Shown here: positions 15,001 to 30,000 of the stretch, piece after piece | Layout of the letters: every line of letters begins with the position of its first letter | Position numbering within the stretch: the stretch's first letter is position 1 | Notes under the pieces: model-generated | Database searches by the model: none | Seen by the model: only the letters and a program-made list of their open reading frames with translations | What the model was told of the DNA's origin: nothing | Position numbers and translations under genes: made by a program | Source of the DNA: Eledone cirrhosa | Lineage: Eukaryota | NCBI GenBank assembly: GCA_964016885.1 | Contig: CAXHJY010001327.1 | Coordinates: 124,001 to 188,000, forward strand | DNA length: 64,000 nucleotides | Direction: 5' to 3'

Positions 15001-18000
15001 ACATTGGTTAACCTAACTTAATAAAATACCAATATAATACTGCGGAACTTTGGTTAACCTAACTTAATAAAATACTAATATAATACTGCGGAACATTGGT
15101 TGATCTAACTTAATAAAATACTATTTATAAAACTGTGGGACCTTGGTTAACCTAACTTAATAAAATACTATTATAATACTGTGTAACTTTGGTTAACCTA
15201 ACTTAATAAAATACCAATATAATACAGTGCAACCTTGGTTAACCTAACTTAATAAAATACTATTATAATACTGTGGAACTTTGTTCAACCTAACTTAATA
15301 AAATACTATCATAATACTGTGGAACCTTGGTTAACCTAACTTAATAAAATACCATTATAATACTGTGGAACTTTGGTTAACCTAACTTAATAAAATACTA
15401 TTATAATACTGTGTAACTTTGGTTAACCTAACTTAATAAAATACCAATATAATACTGTGCAACCTTGGTTAACCTAACTTAATAAAATACTATTATAATA
15501 CTGTAGAACCTTGGTTAACCTAACTTAATAAAATACTCTTATAATACTGTGGAACTTTGGTTAACCTAACGTAATAAAATACCATTATAATACTGTGGAA
15601 CTTTGGTTAACAAAACTTAATAAAATACTATTATAATAATGTGGAACTTTGGTTAACCTAAGTTAATAAAATACCATTATAATACTGTGGAACCTTGATT
15701 AACCTAACTTAATAGAATACCATTCTAATACTTTGGAACTTTGGTTAATCAAACTTAATAAAATACTATTTATAATACCGTGGATCCTTTTTTGTTAACC
15801 TAACTTAATAAAATACTATTATAATACTGTGGAACTTTAGTTAACCTATTTGGTTAACCTAACTTAATAAAATACTATTATAATAGTGGAACTTTGGTTA
15901 ACCTATTTGGTTAACAAAACTTAATAAAATACTATTATAATAGTGTGGAACCTTGGTTAACCTAACTTAATAAAATACTATTTATAATACTGTGGAACCT
16001 TTGTTAACCTAACTTAATAAAATACTATTATAATACTGTGGAACTTTGGTTAACCTAATTTAATAAAATACCAATATAATACTGTGGAACTTTGGTTAAC
16101 CTAACTTAATAAAATACTATTATAATACTGTGGAACTTTGGTTAACCGAACTTAATAAAATACTATTATAATACTGTGGAACTTTGGTTAACCGAACTTA
16201 ATAAAATACCAATATAATACTGTGGAACTTTGTATAACCTAACTTAATAAAATACCATTATAATACTGTGGAATCTTGGTTAACCTAACTTAATAAAATA
16301 CTATTATAATACTGTGGAACTTTGGTTAACCTAACTTAATAAAATACTATTATAATACTGTGGAACTTTGGTTAACCTAACCTAATAAAATACTATTATA
16401 ATACTATGGAACTTTGGTTAACCTAACTTAATAAAATACTATTATAATACTGTGGAACTTTAGTTAACCTATTTGGTTAACCTAACTTAATAAAATACTA
16501 ATACAATACTGTGGAACTTTGGTTAATCAAACTTAATAAAATACTATTTATAATACCGTGGAACCTTTTTGGTTAACCTAACTTAATAAAATACTATCAT
16601 AATACTGTGGAACTTTGGTTAACTAACTTAATAAAATACCATTATAATACTGCGGAACCTTGGTTAACCTAACTTAACAAAATACTATTATAATACTGTG
16701 GAACCTTAGTTAACCTAACTTAATAAAATACTCTTATAATACTGTGGAACTTTGGTTAACCTAACGTAATAAAATACCATTATAATACTGTGGAACTTTG
16801 GTTAACAAAACTTAATAAAATACTATTATAATACTGTGGAACTTTGGTTAACCTAACTTAATAAAATACTATTTTAATACTGTGGAACTTTGGTTAACCT
16901 AACTTAATAAAATACTATTATAATACTGCGGAACTTTGGTTAACCTAACTTAATAAAATACTATTATAATACTGTGGAACTTTGGTTAACCTAACTTAAT
17001 AAAATACTATTATAATACTGTGGAACTTTGGTTAACCTAACTTAATAAAATACTATTATAATACTGCGGAACATTGGTTAACCTAACTTAATAAAATACG
17101 AATATAAAACTGCGGAATTTTGGTTAACCTAACTTAATAAAATACTAATATAATACTGCGGAACATTGGTTAACCTAACTTAATAAAATACCAATATAAT
17201 ACTGCGGAACTTTGGTTAACCTAACTTAATAAAATACTAATATAATACTGCGGAACATTGGTTGATCTAACTTAATAAAATACTATTTATAAAACTGTGG
17301 GACCTTGGTTAACCTAACTTAATAAAATACTATTATAATACTGTGTAACTTTGGTTAACCTAACTTAAAAAAATACCAATATAATACTGTGGAATCTTGG
17401 TTAACCTAACTTAATAAAATACTATTTATAATACTGTAGAACCTTTGTTAACCTAACTTAATAAAATACTATTATAATACTGTGGAACTTTGGTTAACCT
17501 AATTTAATAAAATACCAATATAATACTGTGGAACTTTGGTTAACCTAACTTAATAAAATACTATTATAATACTGTGGAACTTTGGTTAACCGAACTTAAT
17601 AAAATACTATTATAATACTGTGGAACTTTGGTTAACCGAACTTAATAAAATACCAATATAATACTGTGGAACTTTGCTTAACCTAACGTAATAAAATACT
17701 ATTATAATACTGTGGAACTTTGGTTAACCTAACTTAATAAAATACTATTATAATAGTGTGGAACTTTGTATAACCTAACTTAATAAAATACCATTATAAT
17801 ACTGTGGAATCTTGGTTAACCTAACTTAATAAAATACTATTATAATACTGTGGAACTTTGGTTAACCTAACTTAATAAAATACTATTATAATACTGTGGA
17901 ACTTTGGTTAACCTAACCTAATAAAATACTATTATAATACTATGGAACTTTGGTTAACCTAATTTAATAAAATACTATTATAATACTGTGGAACTTTAGT

Positions 18001-21000
18001 TAACCTATTTGGTTAACCTAACTTAATAAAATACTAATACAATACTGTGGTACCTTGGTTACCCTAACTTAATAAAATACTATTATAAGACTGTGGAACC
18101 TTGGTTAACCTAACTTAATAAAATACTCTTATAATACTGTGGAACTTTGGTTAACCTAACGTAATAAAATACCATTATAATACTGTGGAACCTTGATTAA
18201 TCTAACTTAATAGAATACCATTCTAATACTGTGGAACTTTGGTTAATCAAACTTAATAAAATACTATTTATAATACCGTGGAACCTTTTTGGTTAACCTA
18301 ACTTAATAAAATACTATAATAATACTGTGGAACTTTGGTTAACCTAACTTAATAAAATACCATTATAATACTGTGGAACCTTGATTAACCTAACTTAATA
18401 GAATACCATTCTAATACTGTGGAACCTTGATTAACCTAACTTAATAGAATACCATTCTAATACTGTGGAACTTTGGTTAATCAAACTTAATAAAATACTA
18501 TTTATAATACCGTGGAACCTTTTTGGTTAACCTAACTTGATAAAATACTATTATAATAGTGGAACTTTGGTTAACCTAACTTAATAAAATACTATTATAA
18601 TACTGTGGAACTTTGCTTAACCTAACGTAATAAAATACTATTATAATACTGTGGAACTTTGGTTAACCTAACTTAATAAAATATTATTATAATACTGTGG
18701 AACTTTGGTTAACCTAACTTAATAAAATACTATTTTAATACTGTGGAACTTTGGTTAACCTAACTTAATAAAATACTATTATAATACTGCGGCACTTTGG
18801 TTAACCTAACTTAATAAAATACTATTATAATACTGTGGAACTTTGGTTAACCTAACTTAATAAAATACTATTATAATACTGCGGAACATTGGTTAACCTA
18901 ACTTAATAAAATACGAATATAAAACTGCGGAATTTTGGTTAACCTAACTTAATAAAATACTAATATAATACTGCGGAACATTGGTTAACCTAACTTAATA
19001 AAATACCAATATAATACTGCGGAACTTTGGTTAACCTAACTTAATAAAATACTAATATAATACTGCGGAACATTGGTTGATCTAACTTAATAAAATACTA
19101 TTTATAAAACTGTGGGACCTTGGTTAACCTAACTTAATAAAATACTATTATAATACTGTGTAACTTTGGTTAACCTAACTTAATAAAATACCAATATAAT
19201 ACTGTGCAACCTTGGTTAACCTAACTTAATAAAATACTATTATAATACTGTGGAACTTTGTTTAACCTAACTTAATAAAATACTATTATAATACTGTGGA
19301 AATTTGGTTAACATAACTTAATAAAATACTATTATAATACTGTGGAACTTTGGTTAACCTAACTTAATAAAATACTATTATAAGACTGTGGAACTTTGGT
19401 TAACCTAACTTAATAAAATACTATCATAATACTGTGGAACTTTGGTTAACCTAACTTAATAGAATAGCATTCTAAAACTGTGGAACTTTGGTTAACCTAA
19501 CTTAATAAAATACTATCATAATACTGTGGAACCTTGGTTAACCTAACTTAATAAAATACCATTATAATACTGTGGAACTTTGGTTAACCTAACTTAATAA
19601 AATACTATTATAATACTGTGGAACTTTGGTTAACCTAACCTAATAAAATACTATTATAATACTGTGGAACTTTAGTTAACCTATTTGGTTAACCTAACTT
19701 AATAAAATACTAATACAATACTGTGGTACCTTGGTTACCCTAACTTAATAAAATACTATTATAATACTGTGGAACCTTGGTTAACCTAACTTAATAAAAT
19801 ACTCTTATAATACTGTGGAACTTTGGTTAACCTAACGTAATAAAATACCATTATAATACTGTGGAACCTTGATTAATCTAACTTAATAGAATACCATTCT
19901 AATACTGTGGAACTTTGGTTAATCAAACTTAATAAAATACTATTTATAATACCGTGGAACCTTTTTGGTTAACCTAACTTAATAAAATACTATAATAATA
20001 CTGTGGAACTTTGGTTAACCTAACTTAATAAAATACCATTATAATACTGTGGAACCTTGATTAACCTATCTTAATAGAATACCATTCTAATACTGTGGAA
20101 CTTTGGTTAATCAAACTTAATAAAATACTATTTATAATACCGTGGAACCTTTTTGGTTAACCTAACTTGATAAAATACTATTATAATAGTGGAACTTTGG
20201 TTAACCTATTTGGTTAACAAAACTTAATAAAATACTATTATAATAGTGTGGAACCTTGGTTAACCTAACTTAATAAAATACTATTATAACACTGTGGAAC
20301 TTTGGTTAACCTAACTTAATAAAATACTATTATAAGACTGTGGAACTTTGGTTAACCTAACTTAATAAAATACTATTATAAGACTGTGGAACTTTGGTTA
20401 ACCTAACTTAATAAAATACTATCATAATACTGTGGAACTTTGGTTAACCTAACTTAATAGAATACTATTCTAATACTGTGGAACTTTGGTTAACCTAACT
20501 TAGTAAAATACTATCATAATACTGTGGAACTTTGGTTAACCTAACTTAATAAAATACCATTATAATACTGCGGAACCTTGGTTAACCTAACTTAATAAAA
20601 TACTATTATAATACTGTGGAACCTTGGTTAACCTAACTTAATAAAATACTCTTATAATACTGTGGAACTTTGGTTAACCTCACGTAATAAAATACCATTA
20701 TAATACTGTGGAACTTGGGTTAACAAAACTTAATAAAATACTATTATAATACTGTGGAACTTTGGTTAATCAAACTTAATAAAATACCATTATAATACTG
20801 TGGAACCTTGATTAATCTAACTTAATAGAATACCATTCTAATACTGTGGAACTTTGGTTAATCAAACTTAATAAAATACTATTTATAATACCGTGGAACC
20901 TTTTTGGTTAACCTAACTTAATAAAATACTATAATAATACTGTGGAACTTTGGTTAACCTAACTTAATAAAATACCATTATAATACTGTGGAACCTTGAT

Positions 21001-24000
21001 TAACCTAACTTAATAGAATACCATTCTAATACTGTGGAACTTTGGTTAATCAAACTTAATAAAATACTATTTATAATACCGTGGATCCTTTTTTGTTAAC
21101 CTAACTTAATAAATACTATTATAATACTGTGGAACTTTAGTTAACCTATTTGGTTAACCTAACTTAATAAAATACTATTATAATAGTGGAACTTTGGTTA
21201 ACCTATTTGGTTAACAAAACTTAATAAAATACTATTATAATAGTGTGGAACCTTGGTTAACCTAACTTAATAAAATACTATGTATAATACTGTGGAACCT
21301 TTGTTAACCTAACCTAATAAAATACTATTATAATACTGTGGAACTTTGGTTAACCTAACTTAATAAAATACTATCATAATACTGTGGAACTTTGGTTAAC
21401 CTAACTTAATAAAATACCATTATAATACTGCGGAATCTTGGTTAACCTAACTTAATAAAATACTATTATAATACTGTGGAACCTTGGTTAACCTAACTTA
21501 ATAGAATACCATTATAATACTGTGGAACCTTGGTAAACCTAACTTAATAAAATACTATTATAATACTGTGGAACTTTAGTTAACCTATTTGGTTAACCTA
21601 ACTTAATAAAATACTAATACAATACTGTGGTACCTTGGTTACCCTAACTTAATAAAATACTATTATAATACTGTGGAACCTTGGTTAACCTAACTTAATA
21701 AAATACTCTTATAATACTGTGGAACTTTGGTTAACCTAACGTAATAAAATACCATTATAATACTGTGGAACCATGATTAATCTAACTTAATAGAATACCA
21801 TTCTAATACTGTGGAACTTTGGTTAATCAAACTTAATAAAATACTATTTATAATACCGTGGAACCTTTTTGGTTAACCTAACTTAATAAAATACTATAAT
21901 AATACTGTGGAACTTTGGTTAACCTAACTTAATAAAATACCATTATAATACTGTGGAACCTTGATTAACCTAACTTAATAGAATACCATTCTAATACTGT
22001 GGAACTTTGGTTAATCAAACTTAATAAAATACTATTTATAATACCGTGGAACCTTTTTGGTTAACCTAACTTGATAAAATACTATTATAATAGTGGAACT
22101 TTGGTTAACCTATTTGGTTAACAAAACTTAATAAAATACTATTATAATAGTGTGGAACCTTGGTTAACCTAACTTAATAAAATACTATTATAACACTGTG
22201 GAACTTTGGTTAACCTAACTTAATAAAATACTATTATAAGACTGTGGAACTTTGGTTAACCTAACTTAATAAAATACTATTATAAGACTGTGGAACTTTG
22301 GTTAACCTAACTTAATAAAATACTATCATAATACTGTGGAACTTTGGTTAACCTAACTTAATAGAATACTATTCTAATACTGTGGAACTTTGGTTAACCT
22401 AACTTAGTAAAATACTATCATAATACTGTGGAACTTTGGTTAACCTAACTTAATAAAATACCATTATAATACTGCGGAACCTTGGTTAACCTAATTAATA
22501 AAATACTATTATAATACTGTGGAACCTTGGTTAACCTAACTTAATAAAATACTCTTATAATACTGTGGAACTTTGGTTAACCTAACGTAATAAAATACCA
22601 TTATAATACTGTGGAACTTGGGTTAACAAAACTTAATAAAATACTATTATAATACTGTGGAACTTTGGTTAACCTAACTTAATAAAATACCATTATAATA
22701 CTGTGGAACCTTGATTAATCTAACTTAATAGAATACCATTCTAATACTGTGGAACTTTGGTTAATCAAACTTAATAAAATACTATTTATAATACCGTGGA
22801 ACCTTTTTGGTTAACCTAACTTAATAAAATACTATTATAATAGTGGAACTTTGGTTAACCTATTTGGTTAACAAAACTTAATAAAATACTATTATAATAG
22901 TGTGGAACCTTGGTTAACCTAACTTAATAAAATACTATTTATAATACTGTGGAACCTTTGTTAACCTAACCTAATAAAATACTATTATAATACTGTGGAA
23001 CTTTGGTTAACCTAACTTAATAAAATACCAATATAATACTGTGGAACTTTGGTTAACCGAACTTAATAAAATACTATTATAATACTGTGGAACTTTGGTT
23101 AACCGAACTTAATAAAATACCAATATAATACTGTGGAACTTTGCTTAACCTAACGTAATAAAATACTATTATAATACTGTGGAACTTTGGTTAACCTAAC
23201 TTAATAAAATACTATTATAATACTGTGGAACTTTGGTTAACATAACTTAATAAAATACTATTATAATACTGTGGAACTTTGGTTAACCTAACCTAATAAA
23301 ATACTATTATAATACTATGGAACTTTGGTTAACCTAACTTAATAAAATACTATCATAATACTGTGGAACTTTGGTTAACCTAACTTAATAGAATACCATT
23401 CTAATACTGTGGAACTTTGGTTAACCTAACTTAGTAAAATACTATCATAATACTGTGGAACATTGGTTAACCTAACTTAATAAAATACTATTATAATACT
23501 GTGGAACTTTAGTTAACCTATTTGGTTAACTTAACTCAAAATACTAATACAATACTGTGGTACCTTGGTTACCCTAACTTAATAAAATACTATTATAATA
23601 CTGTGGAACTTTGGTTAACCTAACGTAATAAAATACCATTATAATACTGTGGAACCTTGATTAATCTAACTTAATAGAATACCATTCTAATACTGTGGAA
23701 CTTTGGTTAATCAAACTTAATAAAATACTATTTATAATACCGTGGAACCATTTTGGTTAACCTAACTTAATAAAATACTATAATAATACTGTGGAACTTT
23801 GGTTAACCTAACTTAATAAAATACCATTATAATACTGTGGAACCTTGATTAACCTAACTTAATAGAATACCATTCTAATACTGTGGAACTTTGGTTAATC
23901 AAACTTAATAAAATACTATTTATGATACCGTGGAACTTTGGTTAACCTAACTTAATAAAATACTATTATAATACTGTGGAACTTTGGTTAACCTAACTTA

Positions 24001-27000
24001 ATAAAATACCAATATAATACTGTGGCACTTTGGTTAACCTAACTTAATAAAATACTATTATAATACTGTGGAACTTTGGTTAACCGAACTTAATAAAATA
24101 CTATTATAATACTGTGGAACTTTGGTTAACCGAACTTAATAAAATACCAATATAATATTGTGGAACTTTGGTTAACCTAACAATAAAATACTATTATAAT
24201 ACTGCGGAACCTTGGTTAACCTAACTTAATAAAATACCATTATAATACTGTGGAATCTTGGTTAACCTAACTTAATAAAATACTATCATAATACTGTGGA
24301 ACTTTGGTTAACCTAACTTAATAAAATACTATTATAATACTGTGGAACTTTGGTTAACCTAACTTAATAAAATACTATTATAATACTGTGGAACTTTGGT
24401 TAACCTAACTTAATAAAATACTATTATAATACTGTGGAACTTTGGTTAACCTAACTTAATAAAATACTATTATAATACTGTGGAACTTTGGTTAACCTAA
24501 CTTAATAAAATACTATTATAATACTGTGGAACTTTGGTTAACCTAACTTAATAAAATACTATTATAATACTGTGGAACTTTGGTTAACCTAACTTAATAA
24601 AATACTATTATAATACTGTGGAACTTTGGTTAACCTAACTTAATAAAATACTATTATAATACTGTGGAACTTTGGTTAACCTAACTTAATAAAATACTAT
24701 TATAATACTGTGGAACTTTGGTTAACCTAACTTAATAAAATACTATTATAATACGGTGGAACTTTGGTTAACCTAACTTAATAAAATACTATTATAATAC
24801 TGTGGAACTTTGGTTAACCTAACTTAATAAAATACTATTATAATACTGTGGAACTTTGGTTAACCTAACTTAATAAAATACTATTATAATACTGTGGAAC
24901 TTTGGTTAACCTAACTTAATAAAATACTATTATAATACTGTGGAACTTTGGTTAACCTAACTTAATAAAATACTATTATAATACTGTGGAACTTTGGTTA
25001 ACCTAACTTAATAAAATAGTATTATAATACTGTGGAACTTTGGTTAACCTAACTTAATAAAATACTATTATAATACTGTGGAACTTTGGTTAACCTAACT
25101 TAATAAAATACTATTTATAATACTGTGGAACCTTTGTTAACCTAACTTAATAAAATACTATTATAATACTGTGGAACTGTGGTTAACCTAACTTAATAAA
25201 ATACAAATATAATACTGTGGCACTTTGGTTAACCTAACTTAATAAAATACTATTATAATACTGTGGAACTTTGGTTAACCGAACTTAATAAAATACCAAT
25301 ATAATACTGTGGAACTTTGGTTAACCTAACAATAAAATACTATTATAATACTGTGGAACTTTGGTTAACCTAACTTAATAAAATACTATTATAATACTGT
25401 GGAACTTTGGTTAACCTAACTTAATAAAATACCATTATAATACTGTGGAATCTTGGTTAACCTAACTTAATAAAATACTATTATAATACTGTGGAACTTT
25501 GGTTAACATAACTTAATAAAATACTATTATAATACTGTGGAACTTTGGTTAACCTAACCTAATAAAATACTATTATAATACTATGGAACTTTGGTTAACC
25601 TAACTTAATAAAATACTATCATAATACTGTGGAACTTTGGTTAACCTAACTTAATAGAATACCATTCTAATACTGTGGAACTTTGGTTAACCTAACTTAG
25701 TAAAATACTATCATAATACTGTGGAACCTTGGTTAACCTAACTTAATAAAATACCATTATAATACTGTGGAACCTTAGTTAACCTAACTTAATAAAATAC
25801 TATTATAATACTGTGGAACTTTAGTTAACCTATTTGGTTAACTTAATTCAAAATACTAATACAATACTGTGGTACCTTGGTTACCCTAACTTAATAAAAT
25901 ACCATTATAATACTGTGGAACCTTGATTAACCTAACTTAATAGAATACCATTCTAATACTGTGGAACTTTGGTTAATCAAACTTAATAAAATACTATTTA
26001 TAATACCGTGGAACCTTTTTGGTTAACCTAACTTGATAAAATACTATTATAATAGTGGAACTTTGTTTAACCTATTTGGTTAACCTAACTTAATAAAATA
26101 CTATTTATAATACTGTGGAACTTTGGTTAACCTAACTTAATAAAATACTATTTATAATACTGTGGAACCTTTGTTAACCTAACTTAATAAAATACTATTA
26201 TAATACTGTGGAACTTTGGTTAACCTAACTTAATAAAATACCAATATAATACTGTGGAACCTTGGTTAACCTAACTTAATAAAATACTATTATAATACTG
26301 TGGAACTTTGGTTAACCTAACTTAATAGAATACTATTATAATACTGTGGAACTTTGGTTAACCTAACTTAATAAAATACTATTATAATACTGTGGAACTT
26401 TGGTTAACCTAACTTAATAAAATACTATTATAATACTATGGAACTTTGGTTAACCTAACTTAATAAAATACTATTATAATACTGTGGAACTTTGGTTAAC
26501 CTAACTTAATAAAATACTATTATAATACTGTGGAACTTTGGTTAACCTAACTTAATAAAATACTATTATAATACTGTGGAACTTTGGTTAACCTAACTTA
26601 ATAAAATACTATTATAATACTGTGGAACTTTGGTTAACCTAACTTAATAAAATACTATTATAATACTGTGGAACTTTGGTTAACCTAACTTAATAAAATA
26701 CTATTATAATACTGTGGAACTTTGGTTAACCTAACTTAATAAAATACTATTATAATACTGTGGAACTTTGGTTAACCTAACTTAATAAAATACTATTATA
26801 ATACTATGGAACTTTGGTTAACCTAACTTAATAAAATACTATTATAATACTGTGGAACTTTGGTTAACCTAACTTAATAAAATACTATTATAATACTGTG
26901 GAACTTTGGTTAACCTAACTTAATAAAATACTATTATAATACTGTGGAACTTTGGTTAACCTAACTTAATAAAATACTATTATAATACTGTGGAACTTTG

Positions 27001-30000
27001 GTTAACCTAACTTAATAAAATACTATTATAATACTGTGGAACTTTGGTTAACCTAACTTAATAAAATACTATTATAATACTGTGGAACTTTGGTTAACCT
27101 AACTTAATAAAATACTATTATAATACTGTGTAACTTTGGTTAACCTAACTTAATAAAATACTATTATAATACTGTGGAACTTTGGTTAACTTAACTTAAT
27201 AAAATACTATTATAATACTGTGGAACTTTGGTTAACCTAACTTAATAAAATACTATTATAATACTGTGGAACTTTGGTTAACCTAACTTAATAAAATACT
27301 ATTATAATACTGTGGAACTTTGGTTAACCTAACTTAATAAAATACTATTATAATACTGTGGAACTTTGGTTAACCTAACTTAATAAAATACTATTATAAT
27401 ACTGTGGAACTTTGGTTAACCTAACTTAATAAAATACTATTATAATACTGTGGAACTTTGGTTAACCTAACTTAATAAAATACTATTATAATACTGTGGA
27501 ACTTTGGTTAACCTAACTTAATAAAATACTATTATAATACTGTGGAACTTTGGTTAACCTAACTTAATAAAATACTATTATAATACTGTGGAACTTTGGT
27601 TAACCTAACTTAATAAAATACTATTATAATACTGTGGAACTTTGGTTAACCTAACTTAATAAAATACTATTTATAATACTGTGGAACCTTTGTTAACCTA
27701 ACTTAATAAAATACTATTATAATACTGTGGAACTTTGGTTAACCTAACTTAATAAAATACTATTATAATACTGTGGAACTTTGGTTAACCTAACTTAATA
27801 AAATACGATTATAATACTGTGGAACTTTGGTTAACCTAACTTAATAAAATACTATTATAATACTGTGGAACTTTGGTTAACCTAACTTAATAAAATACTA
27901 TTATAATACTGCGGAACTTTGGTTAACCTAACTTAATAAAATACTATTATAATACTGTGGAACTTTGGTTAACCTAACTTAATAAAATACTATTATAATA
28001 CTGCGGAACATTGGTTAACCTAACTTAATAAAATACGAATATAAAACTGCGGAATTTTGGTTAACCTAACTTAATAAAATACTAATATAATACTGCGGAA
28101 CATTGGTTAACCTAACTTAATAAAATACCAATATAATACTGCGGAACTTTGGTTAACCTAACTTAATAAAATACTAATATAATACTGCGGAACATTGGTT
28201 GATCTAACTTAATAAAATACTATTTATAAAACTGTGGGACCTTGGTTAACCTAACTTAATAAAATACTATTATAATACTGTGTAACTTTGGTTAACCTAA
28301 CTTAATAAAATACCAATATAATACAGTGCAACCTTGGTTAACCTAACTTAATAAAATACTATTATAATACTGTGGAACTTTGTTCAACCTAACTTAATAA
28401 AATACTATCATAATACTGTGGAACCTTGGTTAACCTAACTTAATAAAATACCATTATAATACTGTGGAACTTTGGTTAACCTAACTTAATAAAATACTAT
28501 TATAATACTGTGTAACTTTGGTTAACCTAACTTAATAAAATACCAATATAATACTGTGCAACCTTGGTTAACCTAACTTAATAAAATACTATTATAATAC
28601 TGTAGAACCTTGGTTAACCTAACTTAATAAAATACTCTTATAATACTGTGGAACTTTGGTTAACCTAACGTAATAAAATACCATTATAATACTGTGGAAC
28701 TTTGGTTAACAAAACTTAATAAAATACTATTATAATAATGTGGAACTTTGGTTAACCTAAGTTAATAAAATACCATTATAATACTGTGGAACCTTGATTA
28801 ACCTAACTTAATAGAATACCATTCTAATACTTTGGAACTTTGGTTAATCAAACTTAATAAAATACTATTTATAATACCGTGGATCCTTTTTTGTTAACCT
28901 AACTTAATAAAATACTATTATAATACTGTGGAACTTTAGTTAACCTATTTGGTTAACCTAACTTAATAAAATACTATTATAATAGTGGAACTTTGGTTAA
29001 CCTATTTGGTTAACAAAACTTAATAAAATACTATTATAATAGTGTGGAACCTTGGTTAACCTAACTTAATAAAATACTATTTATAATACTGTGGAACCTC
29101 TGTTAACCTAACTTAATAAAATACTATTATAATACTGTGGAACTTTGGTTAACCTAATTTAATAAAATACCAATATAATACTGTGGAACTTTGGTTAACC
29201 TAACTTAATAAAATACTATTATAATACTGTGGAACTTTGGTTAACCGAACTTAATAAAATACTATTATAATACTGTGGAACTTTGGTTAACCGAACTTAA
29301 TAAAATACCAATATAATACTGTGGAACTTTGTATAACCTAACTTAATAAAATACCATTATAATACTGTGGAATCTTGGTTAACCTAACTTAATAAAATAC
29401 TATTATAATACTGTGGAACTTTGGTTAACCTAACTTAATAAAATACTATTATAATACTGTGGAACTTTGGTTAACCTAACCTAATAAAATACTATTATAA
29501 TACTATGGAACTTTGGTTAACCTAACTTAATAAAATACTATTATAATACTGTGGAACTTTAGTTAACCTATTTGGTTAACCTAACTTAATAAAATACTAA
29601 TACAATACTGTGGAACTTTGGTTAATCAAACTTAATAAAATACTATTTATAATACCGTGGAACCTTTTTGGTTAACCTAACTTAATAAAATACTATCATA
29701 ATACTGTGGAACTTTGGTTAACTAACTTAATAAAATACCATTATAATACTGCGGAACCTTGGTTAACCTAACTTAACAAAATACTATTATAATACTGTGG
29801 AACCTTAGTTAACCTAACTTAATAAAATACTCTTATAATACTGTGGAACTTTGGTTAACCTAACGTAATAAAATACCATTATAATACTGTGGAACTTTGG
29901 TTAACAAAACTTAATAAAATACTATTATAATACTGTGGAACTTTGGTTAACCTAACTTAATAAAATACCATTATAATACTGTGGAACCTTGATTAATCTA

